Shown piece after piece: positions 35,074 to 43,690 of a DNA stretch of 64,000 bases. Below the pieces are notes generated by a model. It saw only the letters and a program-made list of their open reading frames with translations, was not told the origin of the DNA and searched no databases. A program made the position numbers and the translations under genes. Source of the DNA: an uncultured Pseudomonadota bacterium (GTDB taxonomy: Bacteria > Oederibacteriota > Muellerivitia > Muellerivitales > Muellerivitaceae); assembly GCA_963836235.1 (NCBI GenBank), contig CAWIIP010000002.1, forward strand, positions 128,001 through 192,000, given 5' to 3'. Every line of letters starts with the position of its first letter. Position 1 is the stretch's first letter.

Positions 35074-35402
35074 GGAACCTCGCGGGATTACACATTAGAT
35101 GTGGTGATAGTGTGGTGAGCGTGTGCGAGGGTTTTAACATGAGAAAAAAATTATGCGAAAGGAAAAATGAAAATAATTCTCAAACCGAGAATGACGGACA
35201 GGCTTTGTGCGGATATCGTTTCGATGAGGAAAAGGGTATTAGTTGGACAGAAAAGTTGCGGAAAATAATTTAACCGCTCAATGAAGATAAATTCCTCCCG
35301 CCCGAATTCATTAGTGTTCAATGACTACAGACGGAGTAGGAACGATTTATTACAGAAAATTATTAAGGAAAAGTGAAAAACGTTATGAGGTGGTTGTTGA
35401 AG

Positions 35403-35678
35403 TCACTTGAGGTAGAAGCCGCGGTGGGTGAGAAAGTTGTCAACACGCTCCAAAACCAAAGTGACTGCTTCCCCGACCGCTGGTTCTCCGGTTTCTTTTA
35501 AAATGATCGAATTGATTAATTCAAGCAGATCTATTCGGACGGTTTTGTGCCGGGCGATTAGGTCTTCGTGGGAGAGAAGCACTTCTTCCATTGCAATTAA
35601 AGGGGGGTACACCTGGTCAAAAGTGGCCGTTGTCAGACGGGTGTCCAAGATGCGCCTTATTAAGGCCAAATTGTCCAT
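35403..35678 (-). CDS. Hypothetical protein
   Basis: Helical ORF with AGGT RBS, divergent from the recombinase. Confidence 0.5.
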   Translation of the reverse strand: MDNLALIRRILDTRLTTATFDQVYPPLIAMEEVLLSHEDLIARHKTVRIDLLELINSIILKETGEPAVGEAVTLVLERVDNFLTHRGFYLK

Positions 35679-35826
35679 GGAACACCTATGAGGTAAACGG
35701 TATATCCAAGAGGTCAATTTGTCAATTTTAGGGGGTAATGGAATACTCAGGCGCTCCGGATCGCCAATAAGAGGGGCCGCTACGGCGAAGAATTAAGGTT
35801 CGTTTAGCCCCTCAAAGGGAGAGGCA

Positions 35827-36663
35827 ATGAAAACAAACCTTAAATTAAAACCGTCCATACAAGCCGTCCTTTATGTACGGGTATCTTCTAAAGAACAAGA
35901 AAAAGGGGGGTTTTCAATCCCCGCCCAATTGAGATTGCTTCGGCAGTACGGGGAAACCCAGGGGTTTACCATTGTTAAAGAATTCCGGGACGTGGAAACC
36001 GCCAAGCAATCCGGCCGGGAGGGGTTTGGGGAGATGGTTAATTTCCTTATCAAGAATACGAACTGCAAATATTTACTGGTCGAAAAGACCGACCGTCTTT
36101 ACCGAAATTTCAAGGATTACGTTTCATTAGAGGATATGGATGTGGAGATCCACCTGGTCAAGGAAGGGTCCATCGTTTCGAATAATTCCAAATCGGCGGA
36201 AAAGTTTATCCATGGGATAAAAGTCTTAATGGCAAAAAATTACATCGATAACCTCTCGGAGGAAACGCGAAAAGGGATGACTGAAAAGGCAGAACAAGGG
36301 ATTTGGCCCTCGTTAGCCCCGGTTGGTTACAAGAATGTTTTGGGAAAAGCCGGGAAAAGAACAATAAAACCTGACTCCCGGTCTGCTCCTCTTGTTATCC
36401 GCCTTTTCAAAACCTATTCATCGGGAAATTATTCCCTAGAAGGGATGGCACGAAAGTTTAAAGGAAAAGGTTTTGTTAGTGCTAAAAGGCCCTTGCACAG
36501 GAGTACCGTCCATAAAATTCTTTCGAACCAAATGTATTCAGGGCATTTCAATTGGAAGGGGAAACTTTACCAGGGGAAATATCCGCCCTTAATATCGGAA
36601 AAATTATGGGAAAAGGTACAAGGAAAATTGAGGACCAGGTGCACAACCAAATTGCAGGTTTAG
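35827..36663 (+). CDS. Serine recombinase: catalytic plus recombinase (RD) domain, no zinc ribbon or coiled coil
   Basis: YVRVSSKEQ catalytic Ser, SIPAQ, EKTDRLYRN, APVGY, ILSNQMYSG, PPLISEKLWEKVQ, then a stop about 12 residues later. No CxxC follows. Confidence 0.92.
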   Translation: MKTNLKLKPSIQAVLYVRVSSKEQEKGGFSIPAQLRLLRQYGETQGFTIVKEFRDVETAKQSGREGFGEMVNFLIKNTNCKYLLVEKTDRLYRNFKDYVSLEDMDVEIHLVKEGSIVSNNSKSAEKFIHGIKVLMAKNYIDNLSEETRKGMTEKAEQGIWPSLAPVGYKNVLGKAGKRTIKPDSRSAPLVIRLFKTYSSGNYSLEGMARKFKGKGFVSAKRPLHRSTVHKILSNQMYSGHFNWKGKLYQGKYPPLISEKLWEKVQGKLRTRCTTKLQV

Positions 36664-36696
36664 GGCCTTCCACGACCCCAAAAAGGGTCAAGGGGG

Positions 36697-36726
36697 TCGT
36701 CCCCTAGGGGTCCCCATCGTGGACAA
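36697..36726. repeat. Putative recombination site 1 (B-P' type)
   Basis: TCGTCCCCTAGGGG-TC-CCCATCGTGGACAA; 24/30 ungapped identity to site 2. Confidence 0.8.
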
Positions 36727-36735
36727 ATACCTTTT

Positions 36736-37755
36736 TTAGTCGCCATTCACCTGTTGATAGCGCTTTGTTTTAAGATCAATGCCCCAACTATCTGTAACCC
36801 TTCCCGACCCAGCTCCGGGATTCTGTTCGATATCAATGTAGTAATAATCTTCTTTTATTTTTTTTGAAGTAACTGACTGAATAACATTCAACACATTTTC
36901 AGTTAATATCATTGCTTGGGTAGGCTTTCGGGTATCGATCAAATAGGTTTTGTCGTAAATCATCCAAAGAATTAAAGGGGTATCATTAATTTCCAAGTAG
37001 TAACCCGCCCCGGTAGAATTGTCATTATCCAAGCCTAAGCTTTTAAACCTTTTCTTTAAATCAATATTTTCATCGTCGTCGCCGTCAATATCGTAAACCT
37101 CGGCGAACCTTGAATCTGGAAAAATAATCTTCGCCTTAACGAGGTCTGATGAAAGCTTAACCAAATCTTCCTTGAACGTTATTACGGTTGTGGGTTCGAA
37201 ATCGGTTTCATCATTCAATCCCTTAACTTTCGATTCAGACTCAGTCGAAGCCTGATAAGAATTTTGAAATGCTTGCATCCTTAAAATATCCCTAAATTTC
37301 GGATCGCCTTTAACTTTTGCCTGTAGCGATGGGTCGAATTTCAATGCCAAAACCAACTCACGAATCGCCAAATTTGTGTTTTGTGATGAAAGCCCGTTTT
37401 TGAAAACCCAATAACTCAAAGCTAAATTGTAATGAGCCAGGGAGGATTGCGGATTTAACTTTATTGCTTTTTTATAAGTCTCTTCGGCTAACGCGGGTTG
37501 GTTGTTTCGATAATAGGCATATCCTAAATAGATGAATGCTTTTTCGTTCTTATCATTTAATTCAATTGCACTTTGATAAGTTTTGATCGCCCCTAAGTAA
37601 TTCTTTTCTGATATGTATTTTTTTCCAATAATTAAACATTTTTTATATTCATCGGAAACGCTTCCACTACTTTCCGCCGACAAAAGAGGACAAAGTGGAA
37701 TGAAGAGGCACAAAAATACAAATTGAATTTTAACGTAGTCTTTTTTTCGCGTCAT
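36736..37755 (-). CDS. Secreted TPR-repeat protein (cassette 1)
   Basis: Signal peptide; TPRs (AFIYLGYAYY, AHYNLALSY); visibly AT-rich DNA. The ATG at 37755 lies just inside site 2. Confidence 0.85.
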   Translation of the reverse strand: MTRKKDYVKIQFVFLCLFIPLCPLLSAESSGSVSDEYKKCLIIGKKYISEKNYLGAIKTYQSAIELNDKNEKAFIYLGYAYYRNNQPALAEETYKKAIKLNPQSSLAHYNLALSYWVFKNGLSSQNTNLAIRELVLALKFDPSLQAKVKGDPKFRDILRMQAFQNSYQASTESESKVKGLNDETDFEPTTVITFKEDLVKLSSDLVKAKIIFPDSRFAEVYDIDGDDDENIDLKKRFKSLGLDNDNSTGAGYYLEINDTPLILWMIYDKTYLIDTRKPTQAMILTENVLNVIQSVTSKKIKEDYYYIDIEQNPGAGSGRVTDSWGIDLKTKRYQQVNGD

Positions 37756-37790
37756 AAAATCACTTTTCCTGTAAAACAGCAACCTCTGGG

Positions 37791-37820
37791 TTGTCCACGA
37801 CGGGTCCCCGTCGTGGACAG
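37791..37820. repeat. Putative recombination site 2 (P-P' type)
   Basis: TTGTCCACGACGGG-TC-CCCGTCGTGGACAG; perfect 13-bp inverted arms around TC. Confidence 0.85.
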
Positions 37821-37830
37821 GTAGAATCAA

Positions 37831-39960
37831 TTATTTAAATGACCCCAGGATATAGGCTTTGAAAAAATCATAGGGGGGATTTCCCTCAGCCCCCGGTGTA
37901 TAGTTCCCGGCCGTGATGCCGCAAACCAGATCCAATTCCGGGACCACGAAAATAAATTGTCCCCCACGGCCGGAGGCATAGAAAACCTTGGTTTTCCTGC
38001 CCTTAAAAGGCATCTGTTCCTCCCACCAGAGGTAGCCGTAATCCCCGCCACCTTGGGTCGTTGCCTGGAGCTTGGTGGATTCTTCCACCCATTTTTCCGA
38101 AACCACTTGTTGGCCGTTCCATTTCCCTTTCTGAAAAAATAATTGGCCCAGCTTGGCCATGTCGCGCGGCTTCAGCCAAAGACTTCCGCCAACCTCGGTT
38201 ACCTGGTGGGGGCCGCTCTTTCCCCAACTATGTTCTTGGATACCAAGGGGATCAAAAAGGTATTTCTGGGCGAATGCCGGTATGGACATTCCACTTTTGC
38301 GGGCAATGATGGCACCCAGAGGTTCCATGCAGGAAGTGCAATAGCCCCAATGCTCCCCGGGGCGGTATTTCGAGGGGAGCGAGAAAACAAAGTCCAGCCA
38401 ATCGGATGTGCCCAACATCTCCCCCATGTAGTCCGATGTCCAACCATCGTTGATCCCGATAGTCATGCTCAGAAGGTGCTTGAGGAGGATCTTGTCTTTT
38501 TGGTCCGTCCAGTCCTTGGCACGGTATTCGGGGAAATAGTCGAAGAGCTTGTTATTCACGTTCACCCAGCCATGGTCCTGGGCGATCCCGAAGAGGATGG
38601 AAAGAACGGATTTGCTGGCAGATTGTAACTGGTGGGTGTCCCCGGGCTCTTCACCCATGAAATACTCGTCTAGGATCAATTTTCCATTTTTGACGACCGA
38701 CAAACCCTCGATGTTTGAAAGACGCCCGTTCAATATCTCATCGATGCCCCTAGCCACTACCTGGGGGTCCAAGGCGCTTTCCAAAAGGTTCCCCACCGGC
38801 CAGCCGTCGGCCAGGGTTTGGGGAAGCTGGTAGCTGTACTCCGTGACAGCCCCGCCGTCCGCGTCCACACGGGGCAGGAGGTAATCCAAGCCTCTTTTAA
38901 AACTGAGGGGGTGGCCGGCTTCATTCCATTGGCCATGGCCGGTCAAGGAATCACCGGCCTCGTTCAGGGTCACGCTCGCTTGGACGAGGCCATTCTCCAG
39001 CAATAAGGTCCGCCCCTTCCGAGTGACATTGAACCAATCGTTCATGCCGTTCCCAAACTGATCCAGGTCGTGGAAATAGGCCAGGTATTTCCCCTTTAGC
39101 TTTTTGATTCCCAGGCAGATCCGTTCGCGGCCGTCCAGCCCATCGACCCTCCCATACCAGTAACCCGTCAATTCCTGGGAAGCCTTCGGTTGTTCGGTTG
39201 GAAGAGTGGCGAAATCACGGTTGAAACTCAAATTGAAATCAAAATCCTTAGATTCCCCCGCCTTCCAAATCCAGGGCTTATCAAGGGATTCACCGTGGCT
39301 CAGGATCACCGAAAGGTTGCTATACCATTCCCATTGCCGGTAGTCCTGGAGGATCGCGGTGAGCCCTGTTCCGGCAAATCGGACCTTGAGCTCCCCATGA
39401 TGGATTGCGGGTCCAAGGGAAAGACCGTCCAGCCCTCCCGTTGCAATCAGGACATTGGAAGTTTTTTTCCATGGGATCTTCCCTTTGCTTTTTGAAAATC
39501 GATAGTCGGTTTCCGACCAGTCGGCGTAGGGAAAAGCAAGGTTTACCCGGGCGGCAATGACCGTGACCGGGCTCAAAGCGGTCATAACCGTATGGATATG
39601 GATTTCCGTTTTTTGGACATCCATGCTGGTCTTGATCCCAACCCTTTCCTTGTCCGTGATCTCGGTGGAACCGTCATAGCTACCTTCCGCATCCCCCGAT
39701 ACGAAGTAATGGTCCTTCCATCCCTCGGTGGAAACGATTGGGAGGACTATGAGCACCTGGCCCTGGGCATCGCCAATGCTGACCGCCCCGTTCCCGTAGG
39801 CCTGGACTTCCAAAGGTCCCAAGAACCGATTGTCCACGGGGGCAGTGGTGGCCGGTTCCGTGACAGGCGGAGGTGGGATCTCATCGTCATCCGCGTAAGC
39901 CCGTCCAACGGCAGTCAGGAGGGCGAGCCCGAGGAAAAACGAATAGATAAGTTTATTCAT
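37831..39960 (-). CDS. Secreted serine hydrolase, beta-lactamase/AmpC-like family, with N-terminal accessory domains (cassette 2)
   Basis: Signal peptide (RAYA), SxxK motif QSASKS, PGEHWGY, LFDPLGI, PRDMAKLG, YGYLWW, ASGRGGQ. Confidence 0.9.
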   Translation of the reverse strand: MNKLIYSFFLGLALLTAVGRAYADDDEIPPPPVTEPATTAPVDNRFLGPLEVQAYGNGAVSIGDAQGQVLIVLPIVSTEGWKDHYFVSGDAEGSYDGSTEITDKERVGIKTSMDVQKTEIHIHTVMTALSPVTVIAARVNLAFPYADWSETDYRFSKSKGKIPWKKTSNVLIATGGLDGLSLGPAIHHGELKVRFAGTGLTAILQDYRQWEWYSNLSVILSHGESLDKPWIWKAGESKDFDFNLSFNRDFATLPTEQPKASQELTGYWYGRVDGLDGRERICLGIKKLKGKYLAYFHDLDQFGNGMNDWFNVTRKGRTLLLENGLVQASVTLNEAGDSLTGHGQWNEAGHPLSFKRGLDYLLPRVDADGGAVTEYSYQLPQTLADGWPVGNLLESALDPQVVARGIDEILNGRLSNIEGLSVVKNGKLILDEYFMGEEPGDTHQLQSASKSVLSILFGIAQDHGWVNVNNKLFDYFPEYRAKDWTDQKDKILLKHLLSMTIGINDGWTSDYMGEMLGTSDWLDFVFSLPSKYRPGEHWGYCTSCMEPLGAIIARKSGMSIPAFAQKYLFDPLGIQEHSWGKSGPHQVTEVGGSLWLKPRDMAKLGQLFFQKGKWNGQQVVSEKWVEESTKLQATTQGGGDYGYLWWEEQMPFKGRKTKVFYASGRGGQFIFVVPELDLVCGITAGNYTPGAEGNPPYDFFKAYILGSFK

Positions 39961-40007
39961 TTTAGATTTATCAATTGATAGCTCATTCCAGTTTTAATGG
40001 CGTTACC

Positions 40008-40037
40008 TTGTCCATGACGGGTCCCCCAAGGGGACAA
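40008..40037. repeat. Putative recombination site 3 (P-B' type)
   Basis: TTGTCCATGACGGG-TC-CCCCAAGGGGACAA; 24/30 ungapped identity to site 2. Confidence 0.8.
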
Positions 40038-40173
40038 CCATTTTCCTCGTAATTTACTCGATTTTACACCTTTTGAAGCATATCGGGGTGTGGTTCTTGC
40101 GTTGATTACCCCTTGCCAAATCGAGGACTGGGTTCGCTGGGCGTTAAAATTTCTTTTTTCAAAACCGACCCCT

Positions 40174-40968
40174 TTAACCCTTTGGGCCGACCCATTTCTG
40201 AAACTTGTAACGAGAGTTTGAGGGATTCGAAGGTTCCCCCGTGCTAATCGGGACACGTTTGCAGCCCCTTTTGCGGAACTGTACCCCGACCGTATTTTCA
40301 TGCAAGTGGACACCCCATTTTTCCAGGATTAAATCCCTGACCTGCGTTAGGTTCCAATGGACGGCCTTAATGCCGAATTTTTCCGGGCTGAACTCCAACC
40401 AGCCAACCGTTTCCCGCCACTGTTCTTCCGTTAAGGGTGAAGTCTGCTCCGGGCGTTTCCTTTTCGCCATTTTCCTCCGGAAGGAAGGCGTTCTCCAAAG
40501 TTTTCGAAGCACCTTGCTGCGCCGCCGACGGAAGCTTTTCGTTCCACTAATTCGCCTGGACATTTCCGACATCTCGGCCTTGTAAGTAGGGTCCGACCAT
40601 CTGCCCCGCATATAGACCTGATGTTTCCCCCTCATTTCCCCGGACTTCCACGCCTTTTTCATTCCCTGGACAATTTTTTTCCTAAGCCGCGGGTTCTTCC
40701 ATAGCTTTTTTCCCCTTTTAGAGTTTTTCTTAATTTCATCGGGAGTATGTTTCCGACCGATATTATGGGTGTTTCCGATGTGGATTTTTGAAAGGATTTG
40801 TCTGGTTTCGGGGCTGATAATGGTGCGAATTTTAAAATCTTTTATGTATTCAGCCTGTGTGAGGGAATGTTTGAAAAAAAGATGGGTGTGGCTGATGCTC
40901 CTGAAGGATTTATGGCAGATTTTGCAGTCGATCAAGGGTATTCCAGTCAAGGTTAGATTCACGACCAA
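40174..40968 (-). CDS. Basic DNA-binding protein: C2H2-like zinc finger, NUMOD3-like repeats, IS630-type winged HTH
   Basis: CKICHKSF..HTHLFFKH; GRKHTPDEIKKNS; LTEEQW..WNLTQVRDLILEKWGVHLHENTV. In frame with the upstream ORF across one TGA. Confidence 0.7.
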   Translation of the reverse strand: MVVNLTLTGIPLIDCKICHKSFRSISHTHLFFKHSLTQAEYIKDFKIRTIISPETRQILSKIHIGNTHNIGRKHTPDEIKKNSKRGKKLWKNPRLRKKIVQGMKKAWKSGEMRGKHQVYMRGRWSDPTYKAEMSEMSRRISGTKSFRRRRSKVLRKLWRTPSFRRKMAKRKRPEQTSPLTEEQWRETVGWLEFSPEKFGIKAVHWNLTQVRDLILEKWGVHLHENTVGVQFRKRGCKRVPISTGEPSNPSNSRYKFQKWVGPKG

Positions 40969-40995
40969 CGATGTGGGCGAAGCATGGCGAATAAG

Positions 40996-41571
40996 TCATT
41001 CAGGCTGGCCTTTTCCGAAAGGAACCGCCACAACGGTCCTTTTACTTGATTGGAGAACCCAACCGATTCCTGACTTGTAATAACGGCCCAACCACTGTCG
41101 GATAAGGCCTGGGCTAACTCCGAGCCGTTTTCCGACCTCGTTTACTTTCATCCCCTTCGCAAGCCAGGAAAGCGCCTGTAACTTTTCCTTCACCCAGGGC
41201 CGATCCTCTTTTTCCAAGAAAGATTTAATCTCTTGTGTGTTCATATTTCGTTCTGTGCGAGCGTTGAAATAACCTTTTTGGTTCCAAATCTTTGACAGCG
41301 CATGGAAAGGAATCTTTTGTTCAAGGAGCTTCGCTATTGATGAAAAAGAACCATCAAAAAATACCGAAAGTTTCAGCAGGACATGAACATCCCGTGATCC
41401 TTCCCGCTCCCATCGCTTCCATTCCTCAAGGGTGCATCCACAACTAGCGGCGGCCTGTTTTGGGGATAGGTTCTTTTTCAGCCGAAGTTCCTGGATCACT
41501 TCCCCGATTTTTCGTTCAAACTCTTGGCGGGTCAATATCCCCTTGTCTGGCTTCTTTGATGATGATTTCAC
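40996..41571 (-). CDS. XRE-family HTH fused to an IS630-type N-terminal HTH
   Basis: IGEVIQELRLKKNLSPKQAA..WKRWE; KLQALSWLAKGMKVNEVGKRLGVS..IRQWLGRY. Confidence 0.8.
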   Translation of the reverse strand: MKSSSKKPDKGILTRQEFERKIGEVIQELRLKKNLSPKQAAASCGCTLEEWKRWEREGSRDVHVLLKLSVFFDGSFSSIAKLLEQKIPFHALSKIWNQKGYFNARTERNMNTQEIKSFLEKEDRPWVKEKLQALSWLAKGMKVNEVGKRLGVSPGLIRQWLGRYYKSGIGWVLQSSKRTVVAVPFGKGQPE

Positions 41572-41574
41572 CGA

Positions 41575-42243
41575 TTATTTATTTTTAAGGAGTTTTTCAA
41601 AGAAATTCTTGGTTTTTGCAACTTCCGCCCTCGCATGAGCAATTGGGGCGGGTTTAACATTAACCTGGTTCCCGATGTTGTCCTCGGGACCGGGTTCTGG
41701 ATCGGGCGTTGAAGGGAAAATCTTCGACTTAAACTTATCCAAAACCTCGGAAAGAGGAAGTATCCGGTCGGATGCCTTTAGTAATTCTGAGGGCTGGGAA
41801 TCCTTGAAAAAACCGATCTCCACGGCTTTGCCTAGTTCCTTCACCGCATTAAGTACCGGTGAGTATTCCGAATCTTCGGTCACTACAATGGCCGTGTCAA
41901 AAAGGCCGCGGGCGGCGAAGTAGACCAAATCTGCCGAAAATATTGTTTTTTCACCCTTTGGTTTAAAGTTTCCATCCGCTCCTGAGACAAGCCGTCCAAG
42001 GCGTAAATCCAGGTAAGGGGTCTTGCGGAGGGAATCAAAAAAGGATTGTTGCGTTTTGGATTGCTCGGTTGCAATGACGGGATCATAGGCGGAATTGTAA
42101 TAATAGGTGCGAACAAGTTCCCGGTCGGGCCCGGCCAGGGCTTTGGAAAGCTCGTAATAGTCCACGCGGGTGGGGTAGTTGTTCCGCTTCAAGGCGAAGT
42201 AGAAGTTGCTACCGTCGATGAAAATACAAACACGGTTCTTCAT
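41575..42243 (-). CDS. NYN/LabA (DUF88) PIN-like domain protein
   Basis: VCIFIDGSNFY, LVRTYYY, DTAIVVTEDSEY, GKAVEI, SELLKASD. Confidence 0.88.
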   Translation of the reverse strand: MKNRVCIFIDGSNFYFALKRNNYPTRVDYYELSKALAGPDRELVRTYYYNSAYDPVIATEQSKTQQSFFDSLRKTPYLDLRLGRLVSGADGNFKPKGEKTIFSADLVYFAARGLFDTAIVVTEDSEYSPVLNAVKELGKAVEIGFFKDSQPSELLKASDRILPLSEVLDKFKSKIFPSTPDPEPGPEDNIGNQVNVKPAPIAHARAEVAKTKNFFEKLLKNK

Positions 42244-42633
42244 GGAAAACCTTCTTCGATTAATTTTAGGTGGGTGTTGGGGTAAGGTACAGTCAATCAG
42301 CGTCGAAATGAACGGCTGTTATGTCAAAGATCCAGGGTTGGTTAGACCTATTTTCCTTTGGCTTTTCTCGTATTCTTTTTATTTAGGGGATTTTTCAATG
42401 TTTGGATTGCGGATCCTAGGTTTCGATCCGCCATTTTGCCCCATTCCTTCACTTGCTTTATCCATTCCCGCATTTGATATCCTGAAGACTTCAAAGCTTT
42501 TGATTTTTTACCAACGGTTTTCTGGACCACTATTCCTACTCCGGTCACACATTTTCCCATGAGAGACTATCAAGCAAGCGGGTTAAGTTTAGACGCTTAA
42601 AAGAGGGTTTCAAGCCGATGGAAAAAATTGAGA

Positions 42634-42822
42634 TTAATGCCGGTTTGTTGAGTCTATGAGTTCCATTTCGTGGGGAAACCACACCTTTTCCAAGGTGCCA
42701 ACCGTCACCAAGAAGCACTCTCCCGTATTATTCCCGAGCCTGAAGGATTGGGGGCTCTTGATTAAGCCTTCCTCGCGGGTTAGTTTGTGGACGACCGGGT
42801 CACCGGGTTTGAACTCAGCCAT
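42634..42822 (-). CDS. Small SH3-like hypothetical protein
   Basis: FKPGDPVVHK..G.I..VWFPHEMELI pattern; AGGTG RBS. Confidence 0.55.
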   Translation of the reverse strand: MAEFKPGDPVVHKLTREEGLIKSPQSFRLGNNTGECFLVTVGTLEKVWFPHEMELIDSTNRH

Positions 42823-42975
42823 TAAAACCCACCTGTTAAAAGTACCTTGGGAACCGCCCCAATATCACCTGTCTTAAGCCCTTCCGCAAATAAAATGTGG
42901 GTGGTTTATCAGGTCAAAAACGCCCTGGTTGCCGTTGATTTTCATTAAAAAGAACTCCTACCCTATAATGCCGAA

Positions 42976-43158
42976 ATGCACAAAGCCAACTTTCAACTCC
43001 GTGACATGTTAATCCACAAAAAAATCAAAATCGTTGGCATGGTTGTTTTCGTGGACCGGAAGAAGGGAATTTATCGGGTCAGTGTGGACGATGACATGCC
43101 GGTGGAAAACTGGAGTTTTGGCGAGGTGGAACTTTACCAAAAAGAAATCACCCAATAA
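42976..43158 (+). CDS. Small SH3-like hypothetical protein
   Basis: FQLRDMLIHK..GMV..NWSFGEVELY; TATAAT just upstream suggests a leaderless or short-leader transcript. Confidence 0.5.
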   Translation: MHKANFQLRDMLIHKKIKIVGMVVFVDRKKGIYRVSVDDDMPVENWSFGEVELYQKEITQ

Positions 43159-43224
43159 AATCTACTGGCGAAGTACGGGCGATTCTTTTATTTCTAGAAT
43201 TTCAGCTTATCTGGCAGTAGGTGA

Positions 43225-43683
43225 TTATTCCATTTCACCAAATTTACTTAGAAACAGGTTTTGGAGCGCCATTTGTGCTTCCCCTGCATCCTCCCCTTCA
43301 AATATTAGAGTGAGTTCTGATCCATAGCTGGCCGCCAAAGTAATGAGATTTAAAATGGCATCCGGCAGATTGGCGATCTCATAGACCGCTTTTACAGGGT
43401 CCGAAACCTGGAAATAAAGCAAAACATCAATAATGATGGTGACGTTATCTTTGGTTATGACATTTTGTTTTGGAAATTCATAAACCGTCTCTCTTAAATC
43501 AATTCTTTCGACTTCCACTTTTCGGACAATATGATTGCCACCGATATCTGTCAGGGAATACCGCCATTGAATTTTTCGGGGACGGTCAAAGAACGGCCAA
43601 AGGATATTCACGCCGCTGTGAAGCAAGCGGTGATAACGTCCCAAACGCTCAACGACGACGACTTCCGCCTGTTGCACGATCAT
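43225..43683 (-). pseudogene. Chimeric remnant: SPFH/band-7 fragment fused to an HPr C-terminal fragment
   Basis: VVVVERLGRYHR..IDLRE..QNVITKDNV..DPVKAVYEI (SPFH) joined to ILNLITLAASYGSELTLIFEGEDA (HPr-like). Confidence 0.75.
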
Positions 43684-43690
43684 AAAACCT

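Noticed and set aside
39830-39840. TTGTCCACG arm-like 9-mer
   Set aside because: Short match inside the hydrolase coding sequence with no symmetry.
36697-40037. Classical integron attC sites, CRISPR repeats or terminators as an explanation for the three sites
   Set aside because: No tyrosine integrase or RYYYAAC/GTTRRRY boxes; kilobase spacing and no cas genes; a 2-nt centre, no U-tract, and site 3 lies upstream of a gene. An operator or REP role is not formally excluded.
39957-40313. 118-aa minus-strand ORF crossing site 3
   Set aside because: Overlaps the zinc-finger gene out of frame and has no recognisable features.
40996-40998. Selenocysteine recoding of the in-frame TGA
   Set aside because: No redox motif context and no recognisable SECIS hairpin.
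40174-41571. Intact IS630 element
   Set aside because: No DDE domain or terminal inverted repeats seen.
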